Source: an uncultured Nitrososphaerota archaeon (GTDB lineage Archaea > Korarchaeota > Korarchaeia > Korarchaeales > Korarchaeaceae). Taken from it: a stretch of DNA of 50,592 bases. Made by a program: the position numbers and the translations under genes. Below are positions 1 to 9,431 of the stretch, one piece after another. The notes beneath the pieces were generated by a model that was not told where the DNA came from, searched no databases, and worked only from the letters and a program-made list of their open reading frames with translations. The stretch lies in contig CAZQNA010000009.1 in assembly GCA_964594835.1 (NCBI GenBank), forward strand, positions 1-50,592, in the 5' to 3' direction. Position 1 is the stretch's first letter. Each line of letters begins with the position of its first letter.

Positions 1-1
1 C

Positions 2-295
2 GCCACCGGGGACCTGGGGGCGACCGTCAACCCCCTGACCTTCCTGGCCGGCGGGGCCGTAGGGGCGGTCGCCGAGGTGCTCACCCCACTCTCCATGACC
101 GGACTCGCGATAGGCATGCTCCTCCCCCCGGCCTACGCTCTGCCGATAGCGGCCGGCGGGGTCGCGAGGTGGATAACCGACCGGAGGTACGGAGGGGAGT
201 TCTTTAAGGAGCGGGGAATTCTGATCGCCACGGGCGTCCTGGCCAGCTCGATACTCGTGCAGGTCGCCGCGGCGGTGCTGAGGTCACTCATCTAG
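2..295 (+). CDS. C-terminal part of a membrane transporter, probably OPT oligopeptide transporter family (5'-truncated)
   Basis: Frame open from the window edge; hydrophobic 'GLAIGMLLP...IAAGG...GILIATGVLAS' resembles the OPT C-terminus. Confidence 0.6.
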   Translation, partial: ATGDLGATVNPLTFLAGGAVGAVAEVLTPLSMTGLAIGMLLPPAYALPIAAGGVARWITDRRYGGEFFKERGILIATGVLASSILVQVAAAVLRSLI

Positions 296-341
296 CCGCC
301 GAGTACGTGAGAACCTGCTGAAAACCTCTGAGATCGGTGGG

Positions 342-1310
342 CTATGGGTTCCTTCGTCCCTCGAGGTTGCTTAGGCTCCTCAGGACGAAGCTCTCACCCC
401 TGTACTCGACCAGCCTAACCTCTCCCCCGGCCAGCAGCCGACTGAGGGTCTCGTCTGGGTCGAGTCCGCCCCTCTCCAGCAGGTCCCTGGCGTACTCGAC
501 CCTCATGGGGTGGACCGATGTTATCGCGAGCAGCGACTCTACGGGGTCTCCCAGGGAGGCAAAGTCGGGCCCCTCGTACCCCGTGAGGAGCTCGACTCTG
601 TCGGGCCCCAACACGCTCGCGAAGATCTCGTGGGCCGCCGTCAGGGTCTCCTCGCTCGGCGGCCTGACGAAGCTCTCGGCGGGGGGCCTCGTGGGCACTG
701 ATACGTACGCCCTCTCCGGATCTAGTGAGGATAAGAACTCTGCGATGGCCCTCAGCTCCTCCAGCGAGTCGTTCACGCCCCTCACCAGCATGGTCTCCGT
801 TATCAGGAGGCCTGAGTACTCCCCCGCAAACGACTTCAGCCCCTCAAGCCGCCCTAGGTGTGGGACGTCGGGGTGCGGTCGATTGATCAGCCTCCAGACC
901 CTCTCTGAGACGGCATCAACCTTGGCAGACACCAGATCGGCCTCGGAGAGGTCCGACCTGACGTCTGGCATGTGCATGAGGGAGGCGTTGGTTATCACCG
1001 CGACCCTCGCGTTCACACGGGCCTTGATCAGCCTGATGGCCCTCCCCAGGTTCAGATCCAAGGTGGGCTCACCGTCGGGAACGAATGTCACGTAGTCCAC
1101 GCTCCCCTCCAGCGAGCTGAGCGCCCTCTCGACAGAATCCGCGATGAGCGTCGGATCGTAGAACTCCCTCCTCCTCGCCTCGAGGTGAGGCGTCTTGCCA
1201 AGCTGACAGTACACGCAGGAGTAGGTGCAGTACTTTGGCGGGATGTTGTTTACCCCCAGGGACCTGCCCAGCCTCCTGGAGGGGACTGGACCGAACGTCA
1301 GACTCGACAC
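342..1310 (-). CDS. Radical SAM Fe-S protein (COG0731-like)
   Basis: FGPVPSRRLGRSLG followed by CxxxCxxC (CTYSCVYC) and GEPTL; start moved to GTG 1310. Confidence 0.9.
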   Translation of the reverse strand: MSSLTFGPVPSRRLGRSLGVNNIPPKYCTYSCVYCQLGKTPHLEARRREFYDPTLIADSVERALSSLEGSVDYVTFVPDGEPTLDLNLGRAIRLIKARVNARVAVITNASLMHMPDVRSDLSEADLVSAKVDAVSERVWRLINRPHPDVPHLGRLEGLKSFAGEYSGLLITETMLVRGVNDSLEELRAIAEFLSSLDPERAYVSVPTRPPAESFVRPPSEETLTAAHEIFASVLGPDRVELLTGYEGPDFASLGDPVESLLAITSVHPMRVEYARDLLERGGLDPDETLSRLLAGGEVRLVEYRGESFVLRSLSNLEGRRNP

Positions 1311-1512
1311 GCCCGAGCCCCTAGGCGGTGGGATAAATCCATTTCCGGGCCACCTCTTGGCTGGAGAAATCTTCTCTCGAGGTGGGGCGGATCTGGAGAG
1401 GCTTACGGGCTCGCCTCGCGCCGCGCCCCCCGGTCTAGGGTGTGCGGGGCCCGCGCCGACGCCGGCCCTCCCGCAGCGCATCCATTTAGAGAATCCTGGG
1501 GCCGCCGACAGG

Positions 1513-2424
1513 ATGCGCCCAGTGGCAACCTACTCCGTGGTGGCTCGCGATCCCGAGACCGGCCAGCTGGGGGTTGCCGTCCAGTCCCACTGGTTCTCGG
1601 TGGGGAGCGTGGTCCCCTGGGCAGAGGCTGGCGTGGGCGCAGTGGCGACCCAGTCGTTCGCGGAGCCGTCGTACGGCCCTCTCGGGCTCGCCCTCATGAG
1701 GGCCGGGAAGAGCGCGGACGAGGCGCTCAGGGCCCTTCTTGAGGTGGATCCCAGGAGGGAGTACCGGCAGGTGGCGTTCGTGGACTCGTCGGGCCGGGTT
1801 GCTGTTCACACGGGGAAGCTCTGCATTCCGGAGGCTGGGCACGTCGTCAGAGAGGGCTTCAGCGCCCAGGCCAACCTCATGAGCACGGCCGACGTCTGGC
1901 CGGCCATGGCGGAGGCGTGCGAGGCCTCAGATGGAGACCTGGCCCACAGGCTCCTGGCGGCGCTGGAGGCGGCCGAGAGGGCTGGAGGGGACATCAGGGG
2001 AATGCAGTCGGCGGCCATCCTGGTCGTGTCGGGCAGGCTGAGCGGGAGGCCGTGGGGGGAGGTGATCGTCGACCTGCGGGTCGAGGACCACCCGAGGCCC
2101 CTTGAGGAGCTCAGGAGGCTCCTCAGGCTTCACGGGGCCTACACCCACTCCAACAGGGGAGACGAGCTGATGGCCGAGGGGAGGGTGGAGGAGGCGCTGG
2201 GCGAGTACGAGAGGGCGGCCGATCTGGCCCCAGAGATCGTGGAGCTCCCGTTCTGGCAGGCGGTGACCCTGGCCGGATCTGGGAGAATCGAGGAGTCTCT
2301 GCCGATATTCGAGAGGGTGTTCAGGGCAGAGGCCAGGTGGGTGGAGGTCCTGAGGAGGCTCCCGAGGGCGGGGATGCTCCAGGAGAATGTGGTGAGGGAG
2401 ATACTGGAGTCCCTGAGCCGCTAG
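1513..2424 (+). CDS. DUF1028 (Ntn-hydrolase-like) protein with C-terminal TPR-like repeats
   Basis: TYSVVARDPETGQLGVAVQS, GVGAVATQ, GGDIRGMQSAA, DLRVEDH; helical TPR-like tail; ATG 1513. Confidence 0.85.
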   Translation: MRPVATYSVVARDPETGQLGVAVQSHWFSVGSVVPWAEAGVGAVATQSFAEPSYGPLGLALMRAGKSADEALRALLEVDPRREYRQVAFVDSSGRVAVHTGKLCIPEAGHVVREGFSAQANLMSTADVWPAMAEACEASDGDLAHRLLAALEAAERAGGDIRGMQSAAILVVSGRLSGRPWGEVIVDLRVEDHPRPLEELRRLLRLHGAYTHSNRGDELMAEGRVEEALGEYERAADLAPEIVELPFWQAVTLAGSGRIEESLPIFERVFRAEARWVEVLRRLPRAGMLQENVVREILESLSR

Positions 2425-2450
2425 CCGGGAGCCGATTACGACCCAGTCTC

Positions 2451-2966
2451 TCAGCCTTGAGGCCCCCTCAGCCTCCTGGCCTTCTCCAGATACCTCCTCT
2501 CCTCCTCGGCGATCCAGGACGCTGGGTCGACCCTCCTGATCCCGCCTTCAGATGTCCTTATGACCACCGACGAGATGCCCGCGTTGATTATGGCCCTCCT
2601 GCACCTCTCGCACGGCATAGCCTCTGTGAGCTCTCCCGTCCTGGCGTCCCTCCCGGCGATGTACAGGGTCCCCCCGACGAGGCTCACCCCGCTCCTGGCG
2701 GCGTTGATTATGGCGTTCTCCTCGGCGTGAACGGCTGGACAGAAGTCGTACCCCGTCCCCTTGGGCATCTTGGCCAGCTCCTTCAGGCAGAACCCGAACT
2801 CGTCGCAGTGCCTCATTCCCCTCGCCGGGCCGTTGTAGCCGGTTGAGACGATGGTGTCCCCGACGACTATCACGGCCCCGTACTTGCGAAGGAGACACGT
2901 GGACCTCTCAAGAACCACCTCCGCGATCCGGAGGAAGTACTCGTCCTTGGAAGGCCTGTCGGGCAC
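2451..2966 (-). CDS. dCMP deaminase family protein
   Basis: RSTC, STGYNG, HAEENA and PCERC zinc motifs. Confidence 0.9.
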   Translation of the reverse strand: MPDRPSKDEYFLRIAEVVLERSTCLLRKYGAVIVVGDTIVSTGYNGPARGMRHCDEFGFCLKELAKMPKGTGYDFCPAVHAEENAIINAARSGVSLVGGTLYIAGRDARTGELTEAMPCERCRRAIINAGISSVVIRTSEGGIRRVDPASWIAEEERRYLEKARRLRGPQG

Positions 2967-3083
2967 CGGCCACCCGGTGGGCCCTCGAATTTAACGCTCT
3001 CGGATGGGTTGCAGGCCAGCGACGCGGGCGGACCGGGTCGGACCTCGAGGCCCACCCGACCCGGGAGACGAGACTGCTGCGCT

Positions 3084-4223
3084 TCAGGCCCTCAGGAACT
3101 CCCTAAGCTCGGTCAAGAACTTCCGCTCGATCCTCTTCTTGATCAGATACGGGAACCTTCCTATGAGGGCTATCCTCTTGCCGTAGGCCAGGACGGCCCT
3201 GCCAGACCCCAGGGAGACGAGACACCTCGGGGACTGGACCGAGAACCTTATCCTGTGGGGCCTCGGGGGGAGACCCCTCAGGTCCCTCCAAACGTTCTCG
3301 GCCACGGTCTCGCCCTGGAACAGGGCCTCCTCGGCCATCTTGGCGGCCCACCTCCCCTCGACCTCCAGGTGGACGCAGTCCCCGGCCGCGTAGGCGCCCT
3401 CTGCCCCCACGACCCTCATGTGCTCGTCCACCGCGAGGAACCTGCCCCTCTTGTACCGCCTCGGTAGCCTTTCCACCGGCTCCGGCGGAATCACCCCCGC
3501 CGTCCAGGCGGCGGCCTGGAACTCCAACCTAGATCCACCCTCAAGGATCGCCGCGCCTTCCTCCATGGCCTCAACGCCCCTCCCCAGGATGAACCTCACC
3601 CCCCGCGACTCTAGGAAGGACTTCGCGAGCTCCCCGGCCCTGGCGTTTCCCATGCACGGCGCGGCCCTCTCCAGCTTCTCGACGACCGTGACCTGAAAGT
3701 CGACCCCCAGCCTCTCCGCCAGGTCGACCACCTCCCCGGCCACCTCCACCCCCGTGAGGCCAGCCCCCACTATGAGGACGCTTCCCCCCGAGGTTCCAAC
3801 AAGGAGGCGGCGGAACTTCAGCGTGTCGTCCACCCTGTAGGTCGTGGTTGCCGAGGGCGGAAGCCCTCGAGGGGGCATCCAGGGCCTGGCCCCCATCCCG
3901 ATCGCCAAGTAGTCGTACTCTAGGGTCTCCCCGCCCTCCAGCGCGACCCTCTTCTCCTCAAGCAGCAGTTCCGTGACTCGGTCCCTCACGAGCTCAGCCC
4001 CGCGAGACCTGATGGCAGGGGAGAGGTCGAACCTTATCTCGTCGGGGGTGACCTTGTCCGAGACTAGCTCCGGGGCGGAGGGCAGGTACTCGAAGGAGCC
4101 CGATGCCGAGATGAATATGGTCTCCAAGCGGTCCAGGAGCCCCCTGTTGGCCAGACCCCTGAGGACCCCTAGGCCGGCGAATCCGGTCCCTATCACTATC
4201 AGCCTCCTGTTTTCGCCCGACAT
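3084..4223 (-). CDS. FAD/NAD(P)-dependent oxidoreductase (NDH-2/SQR-like)
   Basis: GTGFAG and GAGLTGVE Rossmann motifs, YDYLAIGMG, WTAG, YAAGD. Confidence 0.85.
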   Translation of the reverse strand: MSGENRRLIVIGTGFAGLGVLRGLANRGLLDRLETIFISASGSFEYLPSAPELVSDKVTPDEIRFDLSPAIRSRGAELVRDRVTELLLEEKRVALEGGETLEYDYLAIGMGARPWMPPRGLPPSATTTYRVDDTLKFRRLLVGTSGGSVLIVGAGLTGVEVAGEVVDLAERLGVDFQVTVVEKLERAAPCMGNARAGELAKSFLESRGVRFILGRGVEAMEEGAAILEGGSRLEFQAAAWTAGVIPPEPVERLPRRYKRGRFLAVDEHMRVVGAEGAYAAGDCVHLEVEGRWAAKMAEEALFQGETVAENVWRDLRGLPPRPHRIRFSVQSPRCLVSLGSGRAVLAYGKRIALIGRFPYLIKKRIERKFLTELREFLRA

Positions 4224-4353
4224 CCCGCGACGGGGGACGGCCCCACAAAAATCCTTTGAGAGGGCTCATGGCCGCTTTCGGGAAATGACCCTCGGATTCG
4301 AGCGGAGTACGGCCTTTATTGGCAACCTGAGCCGGGGTGTCACCCGGTAGGAG

Positions 4354-5556
4354 TTGGAGATCCTGACGCTGGCCCTAGTCGGTCTGCTGGCTCTGGTGGC
4401 CCCCCTCATTTCGAGGGCCACGGGGATCCCATGCGTCGTCGTGGAGATAGCCTTTGGGATAGCCTTCGGCCAATCCGCGCTGGGCATAATAGAGGTGGAG
4501 GGGCCCTGGACCACGTTCCTCTTCGACTTCGGGCTGATATACCTCCTCTTCATGGCGGGGCTGGAGGTAGAGGCCAGGTTCCTCAGGGAGAACGCCGTCG
4601 ACTCGCTGCTGATCGGGGTCCTGTCCACCGTGACCCCGTTCGCGGTGGGCTACCTGCTCGGGTGGGTCGTCGGGTTCCCGCCCGAGCTGACCGGGCTGAT
4701 ATTCTCGACCACCTCCGTGGGCGTGGTCCTTCCGGCTGCTAGGGAGCTGGAGCACCTCTTCCAGGGGATGGACGGAGGGTCAGGCGCGTCTTTCCACCGC
4801 CTCCTGATAGGGGCGACGGCCGTGTCGGACATGCTGAGCATGTTCATGCTCGCCTTCATGGTGGAGAGGAGGGCCGCCAACCTACAGACCCTCGCCCTCA
4901 TCGTGATAGCCGCTGTCATGCTCTTCCCGTTCTACAGGGCCCTCAAGGCCTACGGCAGGCTCGCCAGCAGGATGGTCGAGCTTGAGACCAGGTACCACTT
5001 CACCACCCGGCTGAGCATGGTCCTCATGATTGTTCTGGCGGCGGCCGCCGAGCTGATAGGAGTCCACGCGGTCGTGGGGTCATTCTTCGCCGGGGTGCTC
5101 GTCTCGGTCTTGACGGAGGGCCACGAGGGCCTCGGAGAGAGCCTGATATCCTTCGGCTACTCGCTGTTTCTCCCGGCCTTCTTCCTCCTGGCGGGTGCGA
5201 AGGTGAACCTGCCCGAGGTAGCTGCCGCCGGGGAGCTGTGGCTCCTGCCGGTCTTCCTCGCCCTAAGCTACCTGGGAAAGCTCGTTGGAGTCTACGCCCC
5301 GGCCAGGCTTAGGGGCCACGGGAGGGAGTTCTCGCTCACGATGGGGACGCTGATGTGGGCGAAGCTGAGCCTGGTGATAGCGGCGTCGGAGGCGGCGCTG
5401 AGGCTCGGGCTGGCCACCGTGGGGGTGTACTCGACCGCCGTCCTGTTCGCCCTCTTCACCGTGCTGCTGGCCCCGCTGGCCGCCAAGGTCATCGCCTCCA
5501 AGTCGGCGGCGGACGTCGCCAGGGCCCAGAGGATAGGCGTGGGCGAGGTCATCTGA
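4354..5556 (+). CDS. Cation:proton antiporter (CPA2/Kef-type)
   Basis: Multi-TM; LLFMAGLE, FSTTSVG, GSFFAG, FLPAFF motifs. Confidence 0.85.
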   Translation: MEILTLALVGLLALVAPLISRATGIPCVVVEIAFGIAFGQSALGIIEVEGPWTTFLFDFGLIYLLFMAGLEVEARFLRENAVDSLLIGVLSTVTPFAVGYLLGWVVGFPPELTGLIFSTTSVGVVLPAARELEHLFQGMDGGSGASFHRLLIGATAVSDMLSMFMLAFMVERRAANLQTLALIVIAAVMLFPFYRALKAYGRLASRMVELETRYHFTTRLSMVLMIVLAAAAELIGVHAVVGSFFAGVLVSVLTEGHEGLGESLISFGYSLFLPAFFLLAGAKVNLPEVAAAGELWLLPVFLALSYLGKLVGVYAPARLRGHGREFSLTMGTLMWAKLSLVIAASEAALRLGLATVGVYSTAVLFALFTVLLAPLAAKVIASKSAADVARAQRIGVGEVI

Positions 5557-5571
5557 GCCCGATCGGGTCGG

Positions 5572-5721
5572 TCACCACCTCAGCGCCCTCTTCAGGGCCA
5601 CGTAGATCACCAGGGCCAGGATGCCCATCAGGACGAGCCTCACCAGGATCCAGACTATCCTCCACACGAGGAACGCGAGGGCAACCGCCACCAGCAGCAA
5701 CAGCGCGTCCCTGAGGCGCAT
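5572..5721 (-). CDS. Small hydrophobic membrane protein, 49 aa
   Basis: Read by hand: MRLRDALLLLVAVALAFLVWRIVWILVRLVLMGILALVIYVALKRALRW; fills the gap; TTAATA box about 30 nt upstream. Confidence 0.65.
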   Translation of the reverse strand: MRLRDALLLLVAVALAFLVWRIVWILVRLVLMGILALVIYVALKRALRW

Positions 5722-5748
5722 GCCAGGGATCCTGAGCCAGCCGGCCTA

Positions 5749-6825
5749 TTAACCTTGACCGGATTCGGCCTGGAGGAACCTCCTTATCCTGGGTGGGAGA
5801 ATCTCCTCTCCGATCCCCTCGAGGTGATGGCTCAGGTCCACCGAGTTGAAGGTGTCCCAGAAGAGCACGGGCCCCTCGGCGCCGGATCTGACCCTGGCCA
5901 GGAGGGCGGCGAAGGCCTTGGCGGTGTACGTAAGATCCAGTCTCACGCCGTCCGTCCTGGCGAGGAGATCCCTGGCCTCCACCGCCTCCCTCGTGGGCGC
6001 GCCGTATCCCGGTCCGTAGAAATCGTGGACGACGCACACGTCGCTGGGGTGAAACTTGAGGCCCGGAATGGAGTCGGACGAAGACCTCAGGAGGTTGACT
6101 ATTCTGTTGGCCAGGTCTGCAACCCTCCTCGCGCTCCCAATCCTCTCGGGGGTGACTCTGACTCCCACCAGCCTGGACCCCAGCCCGGCCAGCCTCAGAC
6201 CGACGAGGAGCCCCGCCATCGTTCCCCCGGTCCCGAGGGGGAGATATACCTCCACAGGCTCCGGCAGATCGCCGGACCTGACCTGTCGGGCGAGCTCCAT
6301 CCCGGCGTCCACGAAGCCCAGGGCGCCCAGCGGGGTGGAGCCCCCGAGGGGGAGGGTGTACACCCTCCTCCTGGTTAGCCTGATCCAGGCCGCAATCAGC
6401 GTCCTCTCGATCGCGCTCCTGGCCAGGTGCAGCTCGGCGCCGAACTTCGCGTCCAGCAGGAGGTTCGTCACAACGTGCTCGGTGATCGGCTGGGGGTGGA
6501 GGACGAGTATGGATCTGAGACCCAGCCTCCTCGAGTGGATCGTCGTGGCCAGACAGTGGTTGGACCCCAGCCCCCCGAACGTGAGCACCCACCTCATGCC
6601 GCGGCTTCTGGCGTCGGCAAGCGTGAACTCGAGCTTTCTGACCTTGTTTCCGCCGTAGTAGCTTGAAGACCTGTCGTCCCTCTTGATCCAGATCTCACAG
6701 AGCCCCTCAGACTCGCACAGGCCCTCCAGCCTGTGAGCGGGCGTGGGGAAGTCCCCCAGGCTCGTCCAGGGGATCCTCCCCTCCAGGTCGGGGTACTCCT
6801 CGAACAGCCAGGGGCGCGCCCTCAT
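5749..6825 (-). CDS. PLP-dependent D-cysteine desulfhydrase/ACC deaminase family
   Basis: IKRDD, GGNKVRKLE, SNH, GTGGT, LDLTYTAKA; ATG 6825 lies 29 nt below a TTATAT box. Confidence 0.9.
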   Translation of the reverse strand: MRARPWLFEEYPDLEGRIPWTSLGDFPTPAHRLEGLCESEGLCEIWIKRDDRSSSYYGGNKVRKLEFTLADARSRGMRWVLTFGGLGSNHCLATTIHSRRLGLRSILVLHPQPITEHVVTNLLLDAKFGAELHLARSAIERTLIAAWIRLTRRRVYTLPLGGSTPLGALGFVDAGMELARQVRSGDLPEPVEVYLPLGTGGTMAGLLVGLRLAGLGSRLVGVRVTPERIGSARRVADLANRIVNLLRSSSDSIPGLKFHPSDVCVVHDFYGPGYGAPTREAVEARDLLARTDGVRLDLTYTAKAFAALLARVRSGAEGPVLFWDTFNSVDLSHHLEGIGEEILPPRIRRFLQAESGQG

Positions 6826-6867
6826 CGCCGCGTCGGCCCCGGCCAACGATATAACTCCCCGGGCGTC

Positions 6868-6882
6868 GGCCCCGCCTTATAT
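6868..6882 (+). promoter_or_regulatory. Promoter P1: GGCCCCGCC + TTATAT
   Basis: TATA starts 27 nt before ATG 6904; same upstream 9-mer as P2 and P3. Confidence 0.75.
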
Positions 6883-6903
6883 CCCGACCGACTCCCACTG
6901 GCG

Positions 6904-7137
6904 ATGCGCGGCCTGCTGGACGCCCTGGCCTCTCCCCTGAGGCGCGGGCCGAGCCTGGCAGCCAGCAGGGAGAGGGTCAGGAGACACCTCCGGGAGGTCA
7001 TCGCAGAGATCAGGATCGTGAACCCGGCTGCCAGCGAGGCAGCCGAAGCCCTGGCTGGTCTGCTGGTCGGTCTGCTGACTGCGAGTGAGAGGGAGGCCGG
7101 GGACCTCGCGAGGCTGCTGGGGGTGACGGGCGGGTGA
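6904..7137 (+). CDS. Hypothetical helical protein, first gene of the pilus accessory operon
   Basis: Leaderless ATG below P1; GTGA overlap with the next gene. Confidence 0.6.
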   Translation: MRGLLDALASPLRRGPSLAASRERVRRHLREVIAEIRIVNPAASEAAEALAGLLVGLLTASEREAGDLARLLGVTGG

Positions 7138-7556
7138 ACGAGACCGTGGCCTACGCGATGATCGGGCTCGTGTCGGTTGCGGCCATGTTGATCTTCGCCT
7201 CCGGACCGCTGGCCGAGGCCGCCGAGAGGATCGACGACCGGCTGACCGCCGCCGGGGAGTGGTCCCTCGCCGGGGCGCTGAGCAACTGCGCGTCGGCGGT
7301 CATCGGGGGAGGCGCCTGCGAGGCGAGGGTCTTCACCCCCGTCGAGCTGGTGGTCGAGGCCAGGGGGAACCGGATCCTAGTCTGGGACAACGAGAGCCTC
7401 ACGCACTTCGCGGTCGAACTCCCGGTCGAGGTCAGGCTCCTGAACGGGGAGGTGCACCCCTGGCACCCCGGGAGTCCGGTCTCGGTGGTCAGGGGGCTGG
7501 TCTGGATAGAGGCGAGCTGGGACGACGGAGCCGTAGCCCTGAGGGTGAGCGGATAG
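7134..7556 (+). CDS. Minor pilin-like protein with N-terminal membrane anchor
   Basis: N-terminal hydrophobic helix then beta-rich domain; translationally coupled on both sides. Confidence 0.6.
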   Translation: MNETVAYAMIGLVSVAAMLIFASGPLAEAAERIDDRLTAAGEWSLAGALSNCASAVIGGGACEARVFTPVELVVEARGNRILVWDNESLTHFAVELPVEVRLLNGEVHPWHPGSPVSVVRGLVWIEASWDDGAVALRVSG

Positions 7557-7822
7557 TGAGGAGGGTCCTGAGGGAGGGTCTCGGCGCGGCTATGGGCGCA
7601 TCGGTGCTCATCAGCGCCCTGATCCTGGGGTCCCTCATCCGCGGCGTGGGGGAGGTCGCCTGGGAGAGGAGGCTTCAGAACGACCTATCCAAGCTCGAGG
7701 AGAGGTCCGATCGCCTCGGGGTGGTCACGGTCGTGAGGTACCCCTGGGGCGCCGAGGTCCGGCTGGGGCCAGCTGACGAGCCGTTCTGGGGAGGGGATCG
7801 AGGTGTCGGAGGAGGCGGCTGA
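7556..7822 (+). CDS. Small pilin-like protein with possible class III signal peptide
   Basis: MRRVLREG|LGAAMGASVLISALILG; TAGTG overlap with the previous stop. Confidence 0.55.
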   Translation: MRRVLREGLGAAMGASVLISALILGSLIRGVGEVAWERRLQNDLSKLEERSDRLGVVTVVRYPWGAEVRLGPADEPFWGGDRGVGGGG

Positions 7823-7931
7823 CGCAATCGGAGACGTCCTCTGGCCTGTTCTCGTTGCGCTCGCCCTGCTAGCCGCCGCCCTGATCGTCCTCCCAGGTCC
7901 CAGCCCGATCCCAACGGAGGTGATACCCTGA
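7803..7931 (+). CDS. 42-aa single-TM protein
   Basis: Read by hand: MSEEAADAIGDVLWPVLVALALLAAALIVLPGPSPIPTEVIP; fills the operon gap. Confidence 0.5.
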   Translation: MSEEAADAIGDVLWPVLVALALLAAALIVLPGPSPIPTEVIP

Positions 7932-8209
7932 ACCTCAGGGTGCTCTGGCTCGCCGCCGGCGTGGCGGTCCTGGCATCGGTGGCCCTCTACGCCCTCTCGG
8001 GTTGTCTGAGCCCGGGCTGGGTGGTGGCGTGCCGGGACTCGGAGGCCGGTGGGCTCGTGGACGCCCTGATCGAGGAGGGGGTCGACCTCGTGTGGGAGGA
8101 CGTGACGGAGGTGCACGGAAGGCTGAACCTCTCCTGTCCCCTCTCCGCCAGGGTGATAATCCCGCTCCCAGAGGGCCTGAACCACACCGTGGGGGTGGGG
8201 AGGGGGTGA
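7928..8209 (+). CDS. Small membrane-anchored exported protein (possible CTG start; alternative GTG 7940)
   Basis: GGAGGTGA SD just before CTG; CTGA overlap; N-terminal TM; sequons NLS and NHT. Confidence 0.55.
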   Translation: MNLRVLWLAAGVAVLASVALYALSGCLSPGWVVACRDSEAGGLVDALIEEGVDLVWEDVTEVHGRLNLSCPLSARVIIPLPEGLNHTVGVGRG

Positions 8210-9129
8210 GGGACCTCCTCGGACTCGCGGCCGTGCTCCTGATAGTCCTCTCATCCCTCGGGGCTCACAGGGCCGGAGAAGTGGATCCTCCCGCGATCGA
8301 CGCCGGGCTCGCCCAGTCGGCGGCGTGGATGGAGGCGGAGACGTCCCTGCCCCGCCTCCTGATCTACGTCAGGTGCGCCATCGACAGGTGGATGGTCGAG
8401 ACGGACGGGAGGAGGATCTCCGAGGTGGAGCCACCCAGGATGGATCTGGAGGACTGGGAGAGTGAGATCTCCGCCGCGGCCCGTCTTGAGACGGCTGCGA
8501 GGCTCTCGGCGTCCGCAGAGGTCAGGCTCTCCAGGAACCCCGGCCCGGGCGGGTTGGATCTCCGCCTGAACCGCGCCTTCCGGGGCGGGATGGAGGAGGG
8601 GATGATAAGGGTTCGGGGGAGCCTGAACATCTCCGTGTACGTCGAGAGGGGGATGGGCGAGGCGTCGGCCGTCAGAAACTACACATTCACGGTGGTTCAC
8701 CCCCTCAAGTACTACTTGATAGTAGAGGCCCACTCAGAGGCCTCTGAGGCTATCGATGAGGTGAGAGAACGTGCGGTGTTCACCGCTGGGACCGTGGACT
8801 CCCCAGATGAGCTCTTCGAGGCCTCCGGCCGCGCCGTTGATCGGGTCATGGGAGAGCTCAGGGGGGTGGAGAGGAGGCTGAGACGAGAGTACTCCAGGCG
8901 GGGGATCGCCATAGAGCTGACCACGGTTCCCAACGGGTCTAGTCTCGAAATCGTCGGGAGGGGGGACCTGACCGAGGTCATACTCCGCGTCACGCTCCTG
9001 GTCCGCGTCTGGGTCGAGGATCCCCAGGTGCGGTACTGGTGGGGGGAGGAGAGGGTCGGGTGGGGCTGCTACTCGGAGAGGTCTGTCTCCGTGGTGACCG
9101 TGGGCTGGGTGGAGGGGGGACCCACATGA
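8206..9129 (+). CDS. Exported/membrane-anchored protein, putative pilus accessory or adhesin
   Basis: GTGA overlap; N-terminal hydrophobic segment; sequons NIS, NYT, NGS. Confidence 0.65.
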   Translation: MRDLLGLAAVLLIVLSSLGAHRAGEVDPPAIDAGLAQSAAWMEAETSLPRLLIYVRCAIDRWMVETDGRRISEVEPPRMDLEDWESEISAAARLETAARLSASAEVRLSRNPGPGGLDLRLNRAFRGGMEEGMIRVRGSLNISVYVERGMGEASAVRNYTFTVVHPLKYYLIVEAHSEASEAIDEVRERAVFTAGTVDSPDELFEASGRAVDRVMGELRGVERRLRREYSRRGIAIELTTVPNGSSLEIVGRGDLTEVILRVTLLVRVWVEDPQVRYWWGEERVGWGCYSERSVSVVTVGWVEGGPT

Positions 9130-9374
9130 ATCCATTCGAGAGGGAGCTGGAGAGGATGATTCTGGGGATCTGGGGGGCCGTCAAGGGGCTCCTCCTGCAA
9201 GGATCCCGCCTGGGCCGCGAGGCCGCGCCCACCATAGCGCTGCTCCTCCTCATAGCCTGGCTCCTGGAGGACCACTTCGAGCCGGCGAAAGGGGTGAAGA
9301 GGACTCTGCTTTACCTGCTCGTCGTGGCCGTCGCCGCGGCGCTGATCCCAAGGGTCTTGGGCTGGCCACGGTAG
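9126..9374 (+). CDS. Small two-TM membrane protein
   Basis: ATGA overlap; two hydrophobic helices joined by a short loop ending AKGVKR. Confidence 0.65.
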   Translation: MNPFERELERMILGIWGAVKGLLLQGSRLGREAAPTIALLLLIAWLLEDHFEPAKGVKRTLLYLLVVAVAAALIPRVLGWPR

Positions 9375-9431
9375 GCTGCGATAGTTTCGCGGAGAGCGCA
9401 GGAGAAACGTAGGTCTCGCCCTCTAGTCCGG

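Noticed and set aside
1330-1490. GC-rich hairpins in an intergenic gap (CCACCTC/GAGGTGG; a minus-strand hairpin followed by ACA)
   Set aside because: No K-turn or C/D boxes seen; such pairing is expected at this GC content; only an Rfam search could rescue it
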